Shown piece by piece: positions 8,296 through 18,488 of a stretch of DNA of 64,000 nucleotides (its first letter is position 1; every line of letters starts with the position of its first letter). This DNA comes from Treponemataceae bacterium (GTDB lineage: Bacteria > Spirochaetota > Spirochaetia > Treponematales > Rectinemataceae). The notes beneath the pieces are model-generated. The model saw only the letters and a list, made by a program, of their open reading frames with translations. It was not told the DNA's origin and ran no database searches. Position numbers and translations under genes: made by a program. The stretch spans positions 544,001 to 608,000 of the forward strand of contig CAXXHO010000005.1 of the NCBI GenBank assembly GCA_963667725.2. The letters are read 5' to 3'.

Positions 8296-8323
8296 ATCAT
8301 ACGCCGATGGAGAGCGAAGTCAA
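8296..8323 (-). promoter_or_regulatory. Candidate sigma70 promoter for intI
   Basis: TTGACT-N16-TATGAT on minus, about 185 nt upstream of ATG 8109. Confidence 0.5.
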
Positions 8324-8326
8324 TTG

Positions 8327-8355
8327 AAAAAAGGCTCCACTGTTGAAGCCTTTTT
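8327..8355 (-). terminator. Rho-independent terminator after the M16 peptidase operon
   Basis: Minus strand AAAAAGGCTTCAACAGTGGAGCCTTTTTT hairpin with U tract. Confidence 0.55.
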
Positions 8356-8431
8356 ATCAAATTTTTTCCGGATCGCTGGCTTCGGTTATTTTTTGCCGCG
8401 CCGAGCGGCTTTTTTCATAACGCCATTTCCT

Positions 8432-9925
8432 TCACTTTATCGTGAAGGAAACGAAATCTTCCTTTGGTAGCTTGTCGATAAGGGCCGGGTCGCCGACTGC
8501 CACCCATGTGAAGGATCCGTCGAGAATGTAATCGGAGAAGGCTTTCTCCACGTCGATGGGCTTGATGGCCGCTATCCTGACGACATCGCGCACCCAATCG
8601 GAGGGGTTGCCCGTGTTTATGGCGGAATTTATCATCAGGCTCGCTATAGCGGCGTTGGTGCGCACGGCTTCGAAGTATTCGTTGGCGAACATCAGTTTGT
8701 AGGTTTCCAGGGCATCGGCGATTTTCATGTACTTCGCTTCTTCTCCGGGACGGCCGGGGTCGACCGATACGCAGCGTCCGGAAGCGAAAATGGCGGCGGC
8801 TTCGTCGATGTATGTCTTGATCTTGTCCGTGGCCGATGTTTTATAGATGGATATCGAGCCGTAATTGGCGCTGAATGACCTGATGCCCGCGCCGGGCGAA
8901 TATACGGCGCCGTACTGGTCGCGCACGACGGTGAAGAGAAGGTCGGAGAACAGTTTCATGGCAAGGTTGGCGGCCATGAAGTCGGTCGCCCCGGGGGCAG
9001 GCGCCGCGAAGTCGCCGCGCAGGTAGGCGACGCCTTTCGATTGGTTGTGGCCGGCGGTGTAGAGTCTGCCAGGCGCGCCGCGCCCGAATTCCGGGGGAAG
9101 GGGTATCGCCCCGAGGCCGCGGTCGGGTATTTTCCCGATGGAATTCTCGAGGGCGGCGCGAAGGGCGAACGCATCGAAATCGCCTACCGCGACGACGAAG
9201 ATCCGGTCGGCCGAGACGTTTTCTTCATGCCATTTCTTCATAGCCTGCACGGTGGTCGGTCCGATCGTGGCTTCCGTCCCGTCGGCGTTCACCGCGTATG
9301 GGTGTCCCTCGAAGTATTTTTCGTTCGCCAGCTTGTTCGTCACCGACCAGGGGTTCTGGTCTTTGGATTGTATGGCGAGTTCGATTTCGCTCTTGGCCTG
9401 CTCGAAGTCGAGGGGATCGAATGCGGGGGAAACGATCATGTCGCTCCATATGGGGAGAAGTTTGTCGAAGTATTTGTCGAGGACGTTGAGGCTCAACGTC
9501 GAATACTCGAACAGGCTGGCGGCCGAGATGGAGCTGGAGCTGCTGTCGAGAAGTTCGGTGACGGCTTTGTAGGAGTAATTGGCCGATGCGCGAGCCATGG
9601 TGGCGAAGGCGAGTTTGGACCAGCCGGCTTCTTCGGGCGGGCTGGCGAGAGAGCTGCCGCGCAGAACGAGGCTGATGTTGCGGACTCTGTTGGCCTTGTT
9701 GTACTTGATATAGACGGGAATTCCGTTCGAGAGGGTCAGGGAGGCGAAGGTAGGGAGGTTGTCGCGGACGAAGGCCGGTTCGGTTTGAGGCGCGGCAGGA
9801 ACGGTCTGAGACGCGCCCTGGCCGGCCTGCGCCGAGAGTCCCATTGGTACAGCAAGCGCCGCGAACGCGATGAGCGCGATCGCCGGTACGAATTTCAGTT
9901 TAGCGGGTTTCATCATTTTCCTCAT
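8432..9925 (-). CDS. M16 (insulinase/pitrilysin-like) peptidase, non-catalytic subunit, secreted
   Basis: Signal peptide, TLSNGIPV, GHPY, VVAVGDFD, VRDQYGAVYS; lacks HxxEH; ATGA overlap with the upstream gene. Confidence 0.82.
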   Translation of the reverse strand: MRKMMKPAKLKFVPAIALIAFAALAVPMGLSAQAGQGASQTVPAAPQTEPAFVRDNLPTFASLTLSNGIPVYIKYNKANRVRNISLVLRGSSLASPPEEAGWSKLAFATMARASANYSYKAVTELLDSSSSSISAASLFEYSTLSLNVLDKYFDKLLPIWSDMIVSPAFDPLDFEQAKSEIELAIQSKDQNPWSVTNKLANEKYFEGHPYAVNADGTEATIGPTTVQAMKKWHEENVSADRIFVVAVGDFDAFALRAALENSIGKIPDRGLGAIPLPPEFGRGAPGRLYTAGHNQSKGVAYLRGDFAAPAPGATDFMAANLAMKLFSDLLFTVVRDQYGAVYSPGAGIRSFSANYGSISIYKTSATDKIKTYIDEAAAIFASGRCVSVDPGRPGEEAKYMKIADALETYKLMFANEYFEAVRTNAAIASLMINSAINTGNPSDWVRDVVRIAAIKPIDVEKAFSDYILDGSFTWVAVGDPALIDKLPKEDFVSFTIK

Positions 9926-11427
9926 TTCTGCCACCAGAACGCGTTGTCCGCGCCCACATTTAAATAACCGTATTCGCGCATCTTCTCTCCCAGCGTCGCG
10001 TCCGTTTCCAGGGTGCTCGCGCGGATTCGCATGAGGGTGGCCGCTTCCGCTGCCTTTCCCCTGCCTACGATGTAACGCGTCGTAAGGTCGGCTATATCGG
10101 TCCAGTTTACTTTGCCGCAGCTTCCCTCATAGGCGAAGAAATAATCGGCGGTGGCGGTGGACCACCAGAAGGTGAGCGTGTCGGTGACGAAGCTCTGGGC
10201 GCTTTCCATGGCGTAGATATTCTGATCGATGAGTTTTGTCTTCGCTTTCTCGAGTTCGCCGGCGCCGAAATAGCTTTCGGGATCCTCAGCGAGAAGGGCG
10301 AACTCGTCGAGGACGGCGGAACGCAGGGCTTCAGTCCTATCGAGAATGGCTCCTTCGGCGGCGGGATCCTGGATCACCATATAAGCGGTAAAGACGAAGT
10401 TGCCTCCGTCGCGGGCGGTGGGATAGGAAAAATCGATGTATTCGGCATCGTAGAGTCCATCGAATTTCTCCATAATAGCAGTCTTGAAGCGGCCGACGGG
10501 CGACGAGAGGAGAAAGAGGAGCACGTCGGAGGTGTAAGTATCCTTGGTCTGGCGAAGCACGTCGGGGCCTCTCCATCGGTACTGGATCTGGGCAAGGCCC
10601 CTATAGAAGAGCTCTTCGGCCGACACAAGCTTTATGTCCGCGGGGAAAGCGCCATGGGGCGGTTCTCCGATCAGGGGCGCGGGCGCCCCGGCCCAATCGC
10701 CGAAAAGTCCGCCCGCGAGGGCGAAGACTTCTTCGGGCCTGCAGTCGCCTCCTACGATGAGGGTCATGTTGCTCGGTATGTAAAAAGCGTTTTGCATCGT
10801 CTTCAATGTGTCTACGTTGGCCGATTCTATATTGCTTTCCGGTCCGTCGACGTTCTTTCTCCAGGGATAATCGGCGAAGATGCGCGACTCGAGAGCGTTG
10901 TTGGCTATACGGGCGGGGTCGCTGTGATAGCCCCTGATTTCATTGAGCACGACTTGTTTTTCGTTTTCCAGGGTTGCCGGATCGAAGACTGGATAGCGAA
11001 CCGCCTGAGCCCAGAAGTCCATGCCTTCGGAGAGTCTTTCCGAGGGTACGGTGATGTGGTAGTTGATGAATTCGGTGCCGGTGGCGCCGTTCCAAGCCGT
11101 CGTGCCCATGTTATTGAGAGCAGCGTTGAACGATTTCTTCGTGGGGTACTTCCGGTTCCCGGCGAAGAGCATGTGCTCGTAGAGATGGAAGAGTCCAGCG
11201 GTTTCCGGCGTCTGCGCGCTTGCTCCTCCCCTGAACGCCAAGCATATGGTGACGAGGGGGACCGAGCGGTTTTCCACAGCGAACACTTCCAGACCGTTGG
11301 GCAATATCGTGTGGGAAATGCTGTCGCCGCCCTGAGCCTGTGCCGACGCCGAAAGCAGAAGAACGGCGAACAGGATTGTCGCCGCGATGCGTTTCATCGG
11401 GCTTCTTGTTCTTCTTAGGCTAATCAC
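9922..11427 (-). CDS. M16 peptidase, catalytic subunit, secreted
   Basis: LPNGLEV, AGLFHLYEHMLF (HxxEH), NGAT, EKQVVLNE; signal peptide; start probably at MKRIAA. Confidence 0.9.
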   Translation of the reverse strand: MISLRRTRSPMKRIAATILFAVLLLSASAQAQGGDSISHTILPNGLEVFAVENRSVPLVTICLAFRGGASAQTPETAGLFHLYEHMLFAGNRKYPTKKSFNAALNNMGTTAWNGATGTEFINYHITVPSERLSEGMDFWAQAVRYPVFDPATLENEKQVVLNEIRGYHSDPARIANNALESRIFADYPWRKNVDGPESNIESANVDTLKTMQNAFYIPSNMTLIVGGDCRPEEVFALAGGLFGDWAGAPAPLIGEPPHGAFPADIKLVSAEELFYRGLAQIQYRWRGPDVLRQTKDTYTSDVLLFLLSSPVGRFKTAIMEKFDGLYDAEYIDFSYPTARDGGNFVFTAYMVIQDPAAEGAILDRTEALRSAVLDEFALLAEDPESYFGAGELEKAKTKLIDQNIYAMESAQSFVTDTLTFWWSTATADYFFAYEGSCGKVNWTDIADLTTRYIVGRGKAAEAATLMRIRASTLETDATLGEKMREYGYLNVGADNAFWWQK

Positions 11428-11441
11428 GGGATTTCTCCTCT

Positions 11442-12644
11442 TTAGAGCATCAAGCGCAGAATGCCCGTCAGTTCGGCCGCGTCCAGGATGACGGGTACGG
11501 GATAGGGAGTGCCATGCGCTTCCCTGAAAGCGTCGACGACGATGCCTGCAATATCTTCTTCCTTGAGGAACACGGCTTTTTCCGGGATGCCTACGTCAGC
11601 GTTGAGCGCGCGAACCGCTTCGACGAAGGCGAGCGCGCAGGTCTTGGCGTCTTCGCTATTGCCGCGCCTTCGGATACCGGCTGCCTCGGCGAGGTCGGCC
11701 AGGCGTTCGGGGCAGACGCTTCGGTAATAGTCGAGAAAGTACGGAAGCGCTATGGCGTTGGCAAGGCCATGGGGGATGTGGTAGCGCTCGCCGAAGCGAT
11801 GCGCGACCGCGTGAACGTAGCCGACGAATCCCCTCGTGAAAGCGCGGCCAGCCAGATGGGAAGCCCGCAGCATGGCTTCGCGCGCTTCCACCTTGGTTCC
11901 GTCGTCGCAGGCGACGCGGAGATTCGAGAAGATGAGATGGACCGCTTCTATCGCCTGAACGTCGACATCGGAATAATGGAGGGTATTGGTATAGGCTTCG
12001 ACAGCATGCGTGAGCGCGTCGAGCCCCGTGGCCGCCGTCATCCCAGGCGGCAACCCGAGCGTGAGCAGGGGATCGAGTATCGCCGTGTTGGGGGGGAGCC
12101 GCGGATCGAGGACCGTCGTCTTCCTCTTTTTCTTGGTGTCCGTGATGACGGCGGCGGCCGTGGCTTCGCTGCCTGTGCCGGCTGTCGTGGGAACGCATAT
12201 GAAGGGCAGGCCTCCATTACGGAAGGGCATGAGGCCCGAAAATTTCGCGATGCTCTTCTTGTGCGTGGCCCCCATCCTGATGAGTTTGCCCGCGTCGATC
12301 ACCGAGCCTCCTCCGATGGCTATAACCATGTCGCAGGCGTTCGCCTTGAGAACGGCGAGGCCTTTTTCGCAGAGCTCGAAGGAGGGATCGGGAAGTATCT
12401 CATCGAATATGGCGTAGGGAATTCCCGCGCCGGCGAGAATGTCGGTGAGTTTGGCCACGACGCCCGTCTTGACGAGGGTAGCATCGGTGACGATGAGCGG
12501 TTTCCTGGCGTGATGCACGTCGAGTTCGGAGGGAACCAGTTTTATGCTTCCAGGCCCTGTCAGAAGCGTCGGAATTTTCTGCGGCAGGATGGTGAGCACT
12601 CTCGCGGCCACATTGAACCAGATCCATTTTACAGCATGTTTCAT
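11442..12644 (-). CDS. Iron-containing alcohol dehydrogenase
   Basis: GGGSVID, PTTAGTGSE, DALTHAVE, HA.AH and HG.ANA motifs. Confidence 0.93.
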   Translation of the reverse strand: MKHAVKWIWFNVAARVLTILPQKIPTLLTGPGSIKLVPSELDVHHARKPLIVTDATLVKTGVVAKLTDILAGAGIPYAIFDEILPDPSFELCEKGLAVLKANACDMVIAIGGGSVIDAGKLIRMGATHKKSIAKFSGLMPFRNGGLPFICVPTTAGTGSEATAAAVITDTKKKRKTTVLDPRLPPNTAILDPLLTLGLPPGMTAATGLDALTHAVEAYTNTLHYSDVDVQAIEAVHLIFSNLRVACDDGTKVEAREAMLRASHLAGRAFTRGFVGYVHAVAHRFGERYHIPHGLANAIALPYFLDYYRSVCPERLADLAEAAGIRRRGNSEDAKTCALAFVEAVRALNADVGIPEKAVFLKEEDIAGIVVDAFREAHGTPYPVPVILDAAELTGILRLML

Positions 12645-12697
12645 AATTCCTCCCGACGGCGGTCGGTTCTCCGCCGTCGAGGCGGGCCGACCTCGAC

Positions 12698-13048
12698 TCA
12701 GTTTTTCAGGAAACGGAGGAAGCCGCTCCTGTCGATGTAATTGCTTTCGTGGACGAGCGCCCCGTTCCTGTAGTAACGGATATAGGGGACTTGATCGTTG
12801 CCGAAGGTTTCTTCCTTGAAGCCGAGGAACTCATCGAAAAAGGGTTCCCTGTCGTATTCTATCCAATAAATGTCGCAGCCCGCTTCCTTCGCCACATCTT
12901 CGATGTATCGTTTCATCCAGGCCCATTGGGGACACCAACTCTGAGTGAGTATGATGGCGGCGGCCGGGGAGGAGGCTTTTATCGAGGAATCGAAATCGCC
13001 CGAGGCGATGGCAGCCCGGCATTCTTGCTCCGTCAGTTTCTTTACCAT
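12698..13048 (-). CDS. Small thioredoxin-fold-like protein (WCPQW)
   Basis: 116 aa from ATG 13048; IILTQSWCPQW and VPYIRYYRNG resemble thioredoxin-fold elements but with one active-site Cys. Confidence 0.6.
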   Translation of the reverse strand: MVKKLTEQECRAAIASGDFDSSIKASSPAAAIILTQSWCPQWAWMKRYIEDVAKEAGCDIYWIEYDREPFFDEFLGFKEETFGNDQVPYIRYYRNGALVHESNYIDRSGFLRFLKN

Positions 13049-13250
13049 GAATCCATGATATACGCGCGGTTTCAGGCGCGCAAGGGAAGAACCGAGGAGG
13101 CTTTCCCGGAGAAAACTGTCCGCGGCCGAGTCCTCGATAACCCCGGGAAAGGCGCGGCGCCGATTATGCTTGTAAGTTTTTCCGCTTTTGGTACAATAGC
13201 CGGAGCAAAGCTGAGTCGATTTTACCGGCGGGAACACTGGAGATTGCTAT

Positions 13251-14819
13251 ATGTCGACGATTGATATCCGAACGGTAAGCATCATGATGGTGATGACCGA
13301 TCTGCTGAGTGCCTTCCTCCTCACCCTGCTATGGCTTCAGGCGCGATCGAGGTTCAGGGGTCTCGGTTACTGGACGGTCGACTTTGTCCTTCAGGCGGTC
13401 GGGATGTTCCTCATCCTTCTGCGCGGCTCCATTCCGGACAGTCTATCCGTCGTGGCGGCGAATATCTTCATCGCCAGTGGCTCCCTGCTGGGTCTTCTCG
13501 GCTATGGCCGCTTTTTGGGGAAACAGATACGCCTTCGCTTCAATATAATCCTCCTTATTCTATTTTCGGCCATCCATTTCTGGTTCGGCCTGGTAGATCC
13601 CCATATCGGGCCGCGCAATATCAATATAGGAACCTATCTGCTCATTCTGGATGCCGAGGCCTTGTGGCTTTTCTTCAGGCTGACGGAAAAATCGAAGCGA
13701 CGAATCCTTACGGCTCCCATCGTCGTCCATACCCTCTTCGCCCTGCTCGGGTTCGTGCGTTTCATAGCGTACTTCACGGGTCCCGGCAACACGAGGGAAG
13801 ACAGCTTCTTCGCGGTGAACGCCGTTTCTTCCTTTGGGTTCCTCATCTACCAAATCCTCCTCATCGCCCTTACCTACAGTTTCGTCATCATGGTGAGTCA
13901 GCGTCTTCTCGCCGAGGTCTGGGGCGAGCATCAGAAGTTCTCCAAGTCTTTTTATGGCGCTCCCTATGCCATGATCCTCGCCCGGTTGCCTTTGGGGGTC
14001 ATTGTCGAAGTAAATAAGGGATTCGAGCTTCTTACGGGCTATGGTTCCGCCGATGTCATAGGAAAGCAGATTCTCGACCTCGGCATATGGGAAGATTTGG
14101 AGGAGAGGAAAGCGGTTCTTGCTGAGCTGGAAAAGACGGGGAGAACCCTGGAAAGGGAGGTGATCCTCAGGAGGAGGAACGGTTCCCTGGCGGACGTGCT
14201 CCTTTCTTCCGAAACCTTGTCGATCGAGGGCGAGGCGATGGTCCTCGCCGCCATTTCCGATATTTCCGAACGCAAGCGCATGGAAGAAAAGATCCGCGAC
14301 CTTTCGAGAAGGGATTCTCTCACCGGCGTATTCAACAGGCGTTATGCCTTCGAGCTGCTAGAACGCTTGGTGGCTAACGCGAATGACGGGGATGCGGAGG
14401 ACGGTTTTTCCATCGCCCTGCTCGATATGGACTTTTTCAAGGGGATCAATGATCGGTATGGACATTTGGCGGGAGATCTGGCGCTGACGAGCCTGACCGA
14501 GACTATCCTTTCGCATATTGGCGGCCTTAAGGCGGGGGCGGCAGCCGCGAGGTACGGCGGCGAGGAATTCGTCGTCTTCTTCCCTGGTCTGGGGAAAGCC
14601 GAGGCCGCGACGGTGATGTCCGGTATACTGGAAAAGTACCGTTCCACCGCGATGGATCAGGCGGGAACTAAGTTTTGCTGCACTTTCTCCTGCGGCATAG
14701 CGGAAAGCACCGAGCTGGGGTCTGCGGAAGCCTTGACGGTCGAATCCATCGTGGCCCTCGTGGACAGGCGCATGTACGAAGCCAAGCAAGGCGGCCGAAA
14801 CAGGATCAGCGCGGACTGA
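13251..14819 (+). CDS. Membrane sensor-PAS-GGDEF diguanylate cyclase
   Basis: About seven N-terminal TM segments, PAS (VNKGFELLTGY...VIGK), DSLTGVFNRR, DMDFFKGINDRYGH, RYGGEEF. Confidence 0.92.
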   Translation: MSTIDIRTVSIMMVMTDLLSAFLLTLLWLQARSRFRGLGYWTVDFVLQAVGMFLILLRGSIPDSLSVVAANIFIASGSLLGLLGYGRFLGKQIRLRFNIILLILFSAIHFWFGLVDPHIGPRNINIGTYLLILDAEALWLFFRLTEKSKRRILTAPIVVHTLFALLGFVRFIAYFTGPGNTREDSFFAVNAVSSFGFLIYQILLIALTYSFVIMVSQRLLAEVWGEHQKFSKSFYGAPYAMILARLPLGVIVEVNKGFELLTGYGSADVIGKQILDLGIWEDLEERKAVLAELEKTGRTLEREVILRRRNGSLADVLLSSETLSIEGEAMVLAAISDISERKRMEEKIRDLSRRDSLTGVFNRRYAFELLERLVANANDGDAEDGFSIALLDMDFFKGINDRYGHLAGDLALTSLTETILSHIGGLKAGAAAARYGGEEFVVFFPGLGKAEAATVMSGILEKYRSTAMDQAGTKFCCTFSCGIAESTELGSAEALTVESIVALVDRRMYEAKQGGRNRISAD

Positions 14820-14876
14820 GTCCTGGAACCGCGGTCCGGCGTCCTACCGTTTACGTCTTTTCGCCGCGCGGGCCGC

Positions 14877-16241
14877 CTATACTTTGATGTGAACCCACTT
14901 CCCTTTTCTGTAGCGTATGGCTATGAAAACAAACCTCGCCATCTGGTCCACGGCCAGGGCCAGCCACGCGCCGAACAATCCCATGGAAAATACGTTTATC
15001 AGGACATAGGCGAGACTGGGCCTTATGCAGAGGATGCCGATAGCCATCGAAATGGCCGGGTAGAGGGAATCGCCAGCCCCCCGGAGGGCGCCGGCGTATA
15101 TCTGGAATGAGGCCAGGAATGGCTGGACGAAGCCGGAGAGGATCATGACGCCGGCGCCGAGGGCGACGATCTCTGGATCGCTGGTAAAAAGCTGTACGAG
15201 CTGTTTCCTGAAAAGGAACATGCAGAGGCCCATGAAGGCCGAGGTCAGGGCGCCCATTTTTTGGCAGGCGGCCGACGCCGTTTTGGCCCCATCGAGGTCC
15301 CCGCGACCAAGGGCTTGGCCCGTAAGGCTGGTGGAGGCAATCCCGAATGCCTGTCCGTTGACGAAGGAGAGGTTGAGGATGGCGAGGGCTATCTGATGGG
15401 CGGCGAAGACTTTCGTGCCCAAGGCCGTTATCGTGAGGGTGTAGAGGAGAAGCCCGACGCGGAGCGCGAGCTGTTCAGCCGCCGAGGGAAGGCCGATTTT
15501 AAAAAGACGTTTCAGCATCGGGAAATTGGGGACGCAGTTTTCGCGGGTAAAATGCAGTTCGATGAATTCCGAGGCCGCTTTGCCCGGCTTGCGGAAGGGG
15601 CTGCCCAGGATTGCCCATATGGCCATCCCGCAGCCGACCGTATTCCCTATGACGGTGGCGATGGCGGCGCCCGCCACTTCCAGCCGGGGGAAGCCGAACT
15701 TGCCATAAATCAGCAGGTAGTTGAAGAGAATGTTCACGAGGTTGGCGGTGAGGTTGTACTTCATCGAGATGCGCGTGTCGCCGACGCCTCGCAGGAGCGC
15801 GGAAATGGCGATGGGAAGGACGGTGGGCACGAAGCCGAACATCAGGATCCTGAAATAGCTGGTCGCGAATTCTATGGTATCGGGGCCGGCGCCCATGAAT
15901 CGCACCATAGGGCGGGCGAAGATTACCCCCAGCGCGCCGAGCAATACGGCGATGATGAAGGCGAGCAGAAAAGACTGGGTGGTGACGAGTTCGGCGTCCT
16001 TTTTGTTTTTCTGTCCCTTGAAGCGCGCGACGAGGGCCGTGGTTCCGACATTGAGGGCGATGAAGGTGGCGAGCATCACGAAGCGAGGCTGGCTGGTAAG
16101 GCCGACCGCCGAAATAGCGTAGGCGCCGAGCTTGCCTACCATGATCGTGTCCGCGAAGGAGGTGGCCGAGGTGAGGACGAGTTCCACGACCGCGGGCGCC
16201 GCTATGGTCAGGACGGTTCTATAGAGCGGACTGATTTTCAT
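14877..16241 (-). CDS. MATE-family efflux transporter
   Basis: 454 aa, DTIMVGKLG, LRGVGDT and LRGAGD repeats, GVAGAAIAT-like motif. Confidence 0.93.
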   Translation of the reverse strand: MKISPLYRTVLTIAAPAVVELVLTSATSFADTIMVGKLGAYAISAVGLTSQPRFVMLATFIALNVGTTALVARFKGQKNKKDAELVTTQSFLLAFIIAVLLGALGVIFARPMVRFMGAGPDTIEFATSYFRILMFGFVPTVLPIAISALLRGVGDTRISMKYNLTANLVNILFNYLLIYGKFGFPRLEVAGAAIATVIGNTVGCGMAIWAILGSPFRKPGKAASEFIELHFTRENCVPNFPMLKRLFKIGLPSAAEQLALRVGLLLYTLTITALGTKVFAAHQIALAILNLSFVNGQAFGIASTSLTGQALGRGDLDGAKTASAACQKMGALTSAFMGLCMFLFRKQLVQLFTSDPEIVALGAGVMILSGFVQPFLASFQIYAGALRGAGDSLYPAISMAIGILCIRPSLAYVLINVFSMGLFGAWLALAVDQMARFVFIAIRYRKGKWVHIKV

Positions 16242-16331
16242 GTGCTGTCACTATACCCATTTGCCTGATCTTTGCTCAATCCTGTGAGCCTCCGAGAGAC
16301 TCACTGTGAAATGAGCCTTGGGGAGCGATCC

Positions 16332-18488
16332 TTAAATGTGCTTCCGGACAACCTCCAGCACTTCGGGCAGATCCATGCCTATCTCGGCCAGGTGCTCAGG
16401 CGTGGGCACGCCGTCAGCGGTCCAGCCGCGGCGCTTGTAGACGGCGTCGACGAGGCTTTCGTACCTCGACTCACGGTAGGCGCGCTGGGCGGCGACTTTC
16501 TCCGCGAGGCTCATGGCCGCGGGGTCGACGCCGACTTTTTCGCGCAGCTGCTTGTCGTAGCGTTCGGCGCGGGAGAGGTATTCCTTCTCAGTGACGGGGC
16601 CCATGGCGCGGTAGGGCGGGTAGTCGTCGGCGCGCAGGCCGTGGCCGCAGCGGAGGTTGAAGACGCGCTGGAAGTTGTAGACGCGCTCCGACTGGAGGAT
16701 GAGTTCGGGCCAGGAGAGGGGTTCGCCCGTGATGGCCGTGTAGAGTTCGCGGTAGTTGCCGACGTGCTCGGGCACCTTGTTGGGTTCGTCCCAGCGCGCG
16801 TTGTCGGCGGGTTCGATATCGTTCCAGGGGAGCTTGCAGATGCCTTGGAGGCCGAACCAGGTGCGGAACATGGGGAAGTAATGCAGGGCTTCGGCTTTCT
16901 GCTCGAAGCTGGGGATGCGGTTGTTCACCATGTCCATGAAGATGAGCCAGGCTTCGTCGTGCTGGGGGCCTTTGTTGGTGAGGTAGTAGCCGCCCTGCTG
17001 GGCGAGGGATTCCTTGGAGATGTACTGGCTCTGCTCGAGGCCCTTGCCCTGGAGGGCGATGTCCTTCATGAGCCGGGGGTCGGCGCCGTACTGGCTGGTC
17101 AGGTATTCGGCCATGAAGCGGGAGCCGCGGCCGGCGAGCATGCCGAAGCCTTTGCCCTCGGCCATCTGGTGCATGAGCTCGCAGACGCCGCGCCAGTTGC
17201 CCCATTCGAGGTTGACGCCGCCGGTGCGGGCTTCGTTGAGGATGCCGTATTCCCAGCATTCCATGAGGAAGCTGCTGATGGTGCCGATGCTGATGGTGTC
17301 GATGCCGTAGGTGTCGCAGTAAAAGTTGATTTCGAGGATGCCTTCGGGTTCCCATACGGCGAGGTTGGAGCCGACGCCGGCGGCGGTTTCGTATTCGGGG
17401 CCGTCGACGCAGACTTTCTGGCCGGCGTAGGGGCCGGTCTGGAGCTTGAAGTTGTCCACGGCGTGGGCGCAGGCGAGGGTGCAGCCGTACCAGCAGCCGT
17501 CGGGGAGGCCCTGGGAGAAGAGTTTTTCCCAGACCCAGGAGGCGACTTCGGGGCCGCGGGGATCCTGGCCGTAACGGTGGTTCTGGACGGGCAGGAGGTC
17601 GTAGTCGTTCATCACTTCCATGAGGTGTGCGGTGCCGATCCTGCGCATCTTGCACTGTTTGTCGTCTTCCTTGACGATTTCGCGGTGAAGTTTGAGGCCG
17701 AGGCGCTGGACGGCGGCCGGGTCGGCGGCGCCGTTGGAGTCCTGGGCAAGGGTGGAATAGCGGCAGACGAGGGCTTTGATGCCCTTGTTCCGGAAGACGG
17801 TGCCTATGCCGCCGCGCCCGGCCTGCTTGACGCGGCAGCCGCCGCGGCGCCGGTCGTAGAGGCTGAAGTTGAGGAGGCCGAGGACGGTGTGCTCGGCGCC
17901 GCGGCCCGCCGACACCACGGACACCGAGGCGAGGTCGGCTTCAGCTTCGGAGGCAGCGAATGCGTGGGTGAGCTTGTCGGCCAGGATGTGGGTGTCGGAT
18001 TCGAGGCCTTCGGGGGATTCGAAGATTTCCACCGTGCCCGCGTCGCCGTTGAAAAAGACGATGAGGTCGCGATCGGATTTGCCGGTGAGCTCGAGGGCGT
18101 CGAAGCCCGAAAACTTGAGGAAGGGGCCGAAATAGCCGCCGACGTTGGAGTCGATGGGGACGCCCGTCATGGGCGACAGGCTGACGACGAGGCTCTTGCC
18201 CGATCCGGGGTAGTTGGTGTTACCGCAGACGGGGCCCATGGCGATGACGATTTCGTTCTCGGGATCGTCCCACTTGGTCGAGGGTTTTGTGCCGTCCCAG
18301 AGTAGCTTAAGGCCAAAGCCCTTCCCGCCCACGAATTTCTTCTTCATTTCGGCGCTGACAGGTTTTTCGGCGAAACCCAAGGCACCAACATCGATGGAAA
18401 GGGTGCGCATATTGTAGCCGCGCGACAGGGGTTTTTTCTCGTAGCGCCATTCGGCGATCTTATGGAGAGAATTCATGGTAAGGTTCAT
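16332..18488 (-). CDS. aor: Aldehyde:ferredoxin oxidoreductase-family protein (tungstopterin)
   Basis: GGKGFG, DSNVGGYFGP.LK..G.DA, AGRGG.G.V, CWYGCTLAC, DGPEYET, CDTYGIDTIS, YKRRGW..DGVP; start ATG 18488 overlaps the ferredoxin stop. Confidence 0.92.
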   Translation of the reverse strand: MNLTMNSLHKIAEWRYEKKPLSRGYNMRTLSIDVGALGFAEKPVSAEMKKKFVGGKGFGLKLLWDGTKPSTKWDDPENEIVIAMGPVCGNTNYPGSGKSLVVSLSPMTGVPIDSNVGGYFGPFLKFSGFDALELTGKSDRDLIVFFNGDAGTVEIFESPEGLESDTHILADKLTHAFAASEAEADLASVSVVSAGRGAEHTVLGLLNFSLYDRRRGGCRVKQAGRGGIGTVFRNKGIKALVCRYSTLAQDSNGAADPAAVQRLGLKLHREIVKEDDKQCKMRRIGTAHLMEVMNDYDLLPVQNHRYGQDPRGPEVASWVWEKLFSQGLPDGCWYGCTLACAHAVDNFKLQTGPYAGQKVCVDGPEYETAAGVGSNLAVWEPEGILEINFYCDTYGIDTISIGTISSFLMECWEYGILNEARTGGVNLEWGNWRGVCELMHQMAEGKGFGMLAGRGSRFMAEYLTSQYGADPRLMKDIALQGKGLEQSQYISKESLAQQGGYYLTNKGPQHDEAWLIFMDMVNNRIPSFEQKAEALHYFPMFRTWFGLQGICKLPWNDIEPADNARWDEPNKVPEHVGNYRELYTAITGEPLSWPELILQSERVYNFQRVFNLRCGHGLRADDYPPYRAMGPVTEKEYLSRAERYDKQLREKVGVDPAAMSLAEKVAAQRAYRESRYESLVDAVYKRRGWTADGVPTPEHLAEIGMDLPEVLEVVRKHI

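Noticed and set aside
16272..18305. 677-aa plus-strand ORF and similar long antisense ORFs (e.g. 22061-23527, 38121-39671, 39741-40991)
   Set aside because: Shadow frames opposite well-supported genes in GC-rich DNA; no recognisable motifs.
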